DNA from: Ginkgo biloba
Taxonomy: Eukaryota > Plantae > Ginkgophyta
Assembly (NCBI GenBank): GCA_024626585.2
Contig: JANKJI020000004.1
Location: 14,709,701-14,734,282 of the forward strand
Direction of reading: 5' to 3'
Length of the DNA: 24,582 bases
Positions 24,060 to 24,582 of this stretch are shown piece by piece. Below the pieces are notes generated by a model, which was given only the letters and a program-made list of their open reading frames with translations, ran no database searches and was not told where the DNA came from. The first letter of the stretch is position 1; the number at the start of each line of letters is the position of its first letter. The position numbers and the translations under genes were made by a program.

Positions 24060-24582
24060 TTTCTTCAATAATTTTGGTATTATTATAGGCATCAATATTT
24101 TAGATATAAAAAATTTCCAACTCTTTTTGGATAGGAGCATACAATCCACTTATTAACTTCAAGATCGATTGGTCCTTACCATCAATATATTTTAACTTAA
24201 TAATGAATTGATTGAATTCCTTAGTATGCGACTCAAAACTTTGGCCAAATTTCTACCTGAGGTATTGCCACTAATTTTGTTATTCTCTAATATACTTGGT
24301 TGGGTAAATTTTTTTTTGATAACTTGGTTGAATTATTCCCATACAATAATGGTCAATATTCCTTGTTAGTGTTATATTTTGTAGAAAATTTCCCACCAAA
24401 GAAAGGCTTGTCTCCTAATATTTAACTTTAAAAAAATTATCTTATAAGGTTTTGTGTATTAATTGATCCTAAAATAGGTGTCTAATTATCTAAGATAATC
24501 ATAAAGTTTCTCAGCATCCATATTCCAATAATATATTTGGTTTTCCACCTTTTTTTCAACCTTGAAGGTGGTGTTAAAATTC
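24060..24582 (-). mobile_element. Degenerate Ty3/gypsy gag (Retrotrans_gag-like) remnant
   Basis: Minus-strand translation across stops and shifts: FKVEKKV..MDAEKLYDYLR*LDTYF..AFLWW..WE*FNQVIKKKF(Y)PTKY..WQYLR*KFGQSFESHTKEF..KLISGL. This matches the plant gypsy gag pattern DAEKL..LETYF..WW..W..F...I...FYP..W..LRQ..GQSV.EY..EF. Confidence 0.75.

Overview
Gap-rich, AT-rich eukaryotic scaffold from a land plant with a large, TE-rich genome (gymnosperm-like by inference from the Ty3/gypsy gag remnant and the very long introns). The only intact host gene is the internal part of a + strand DNMT2/TRDMT1 (tRNA C38 / cytosine-5 methyltransferase). It has five in-frame exons (13097-13189, 13372-13490, 13583-13705, 16623-17148, 17280-17374) carrying motif IV (PPCQ), VI (ENV), VIII (RPR) and the DNMT2-specific CFT motif. 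The N- and C-terminal exons were not found, so most of the window is probably TE-expanded intron. The rest is decayed transposon sequence: an L1-like LINE endonuclease, Ty3/gypsy RT-RNaseH and gag remnants, LTR ends, a tRNA-iMet PBS and three copies of one LTR-like family. Best observations: a U12-type (minor spliceosome) GT-AG intron in DNMT2, helically phased W-box (TTGAC) arrays at the ends of two LTR-like repeats, an internal duplication in the DNMT2 variable region, and a 41-bp repeat/spacer array. I found no convincing novel multi-gene system.
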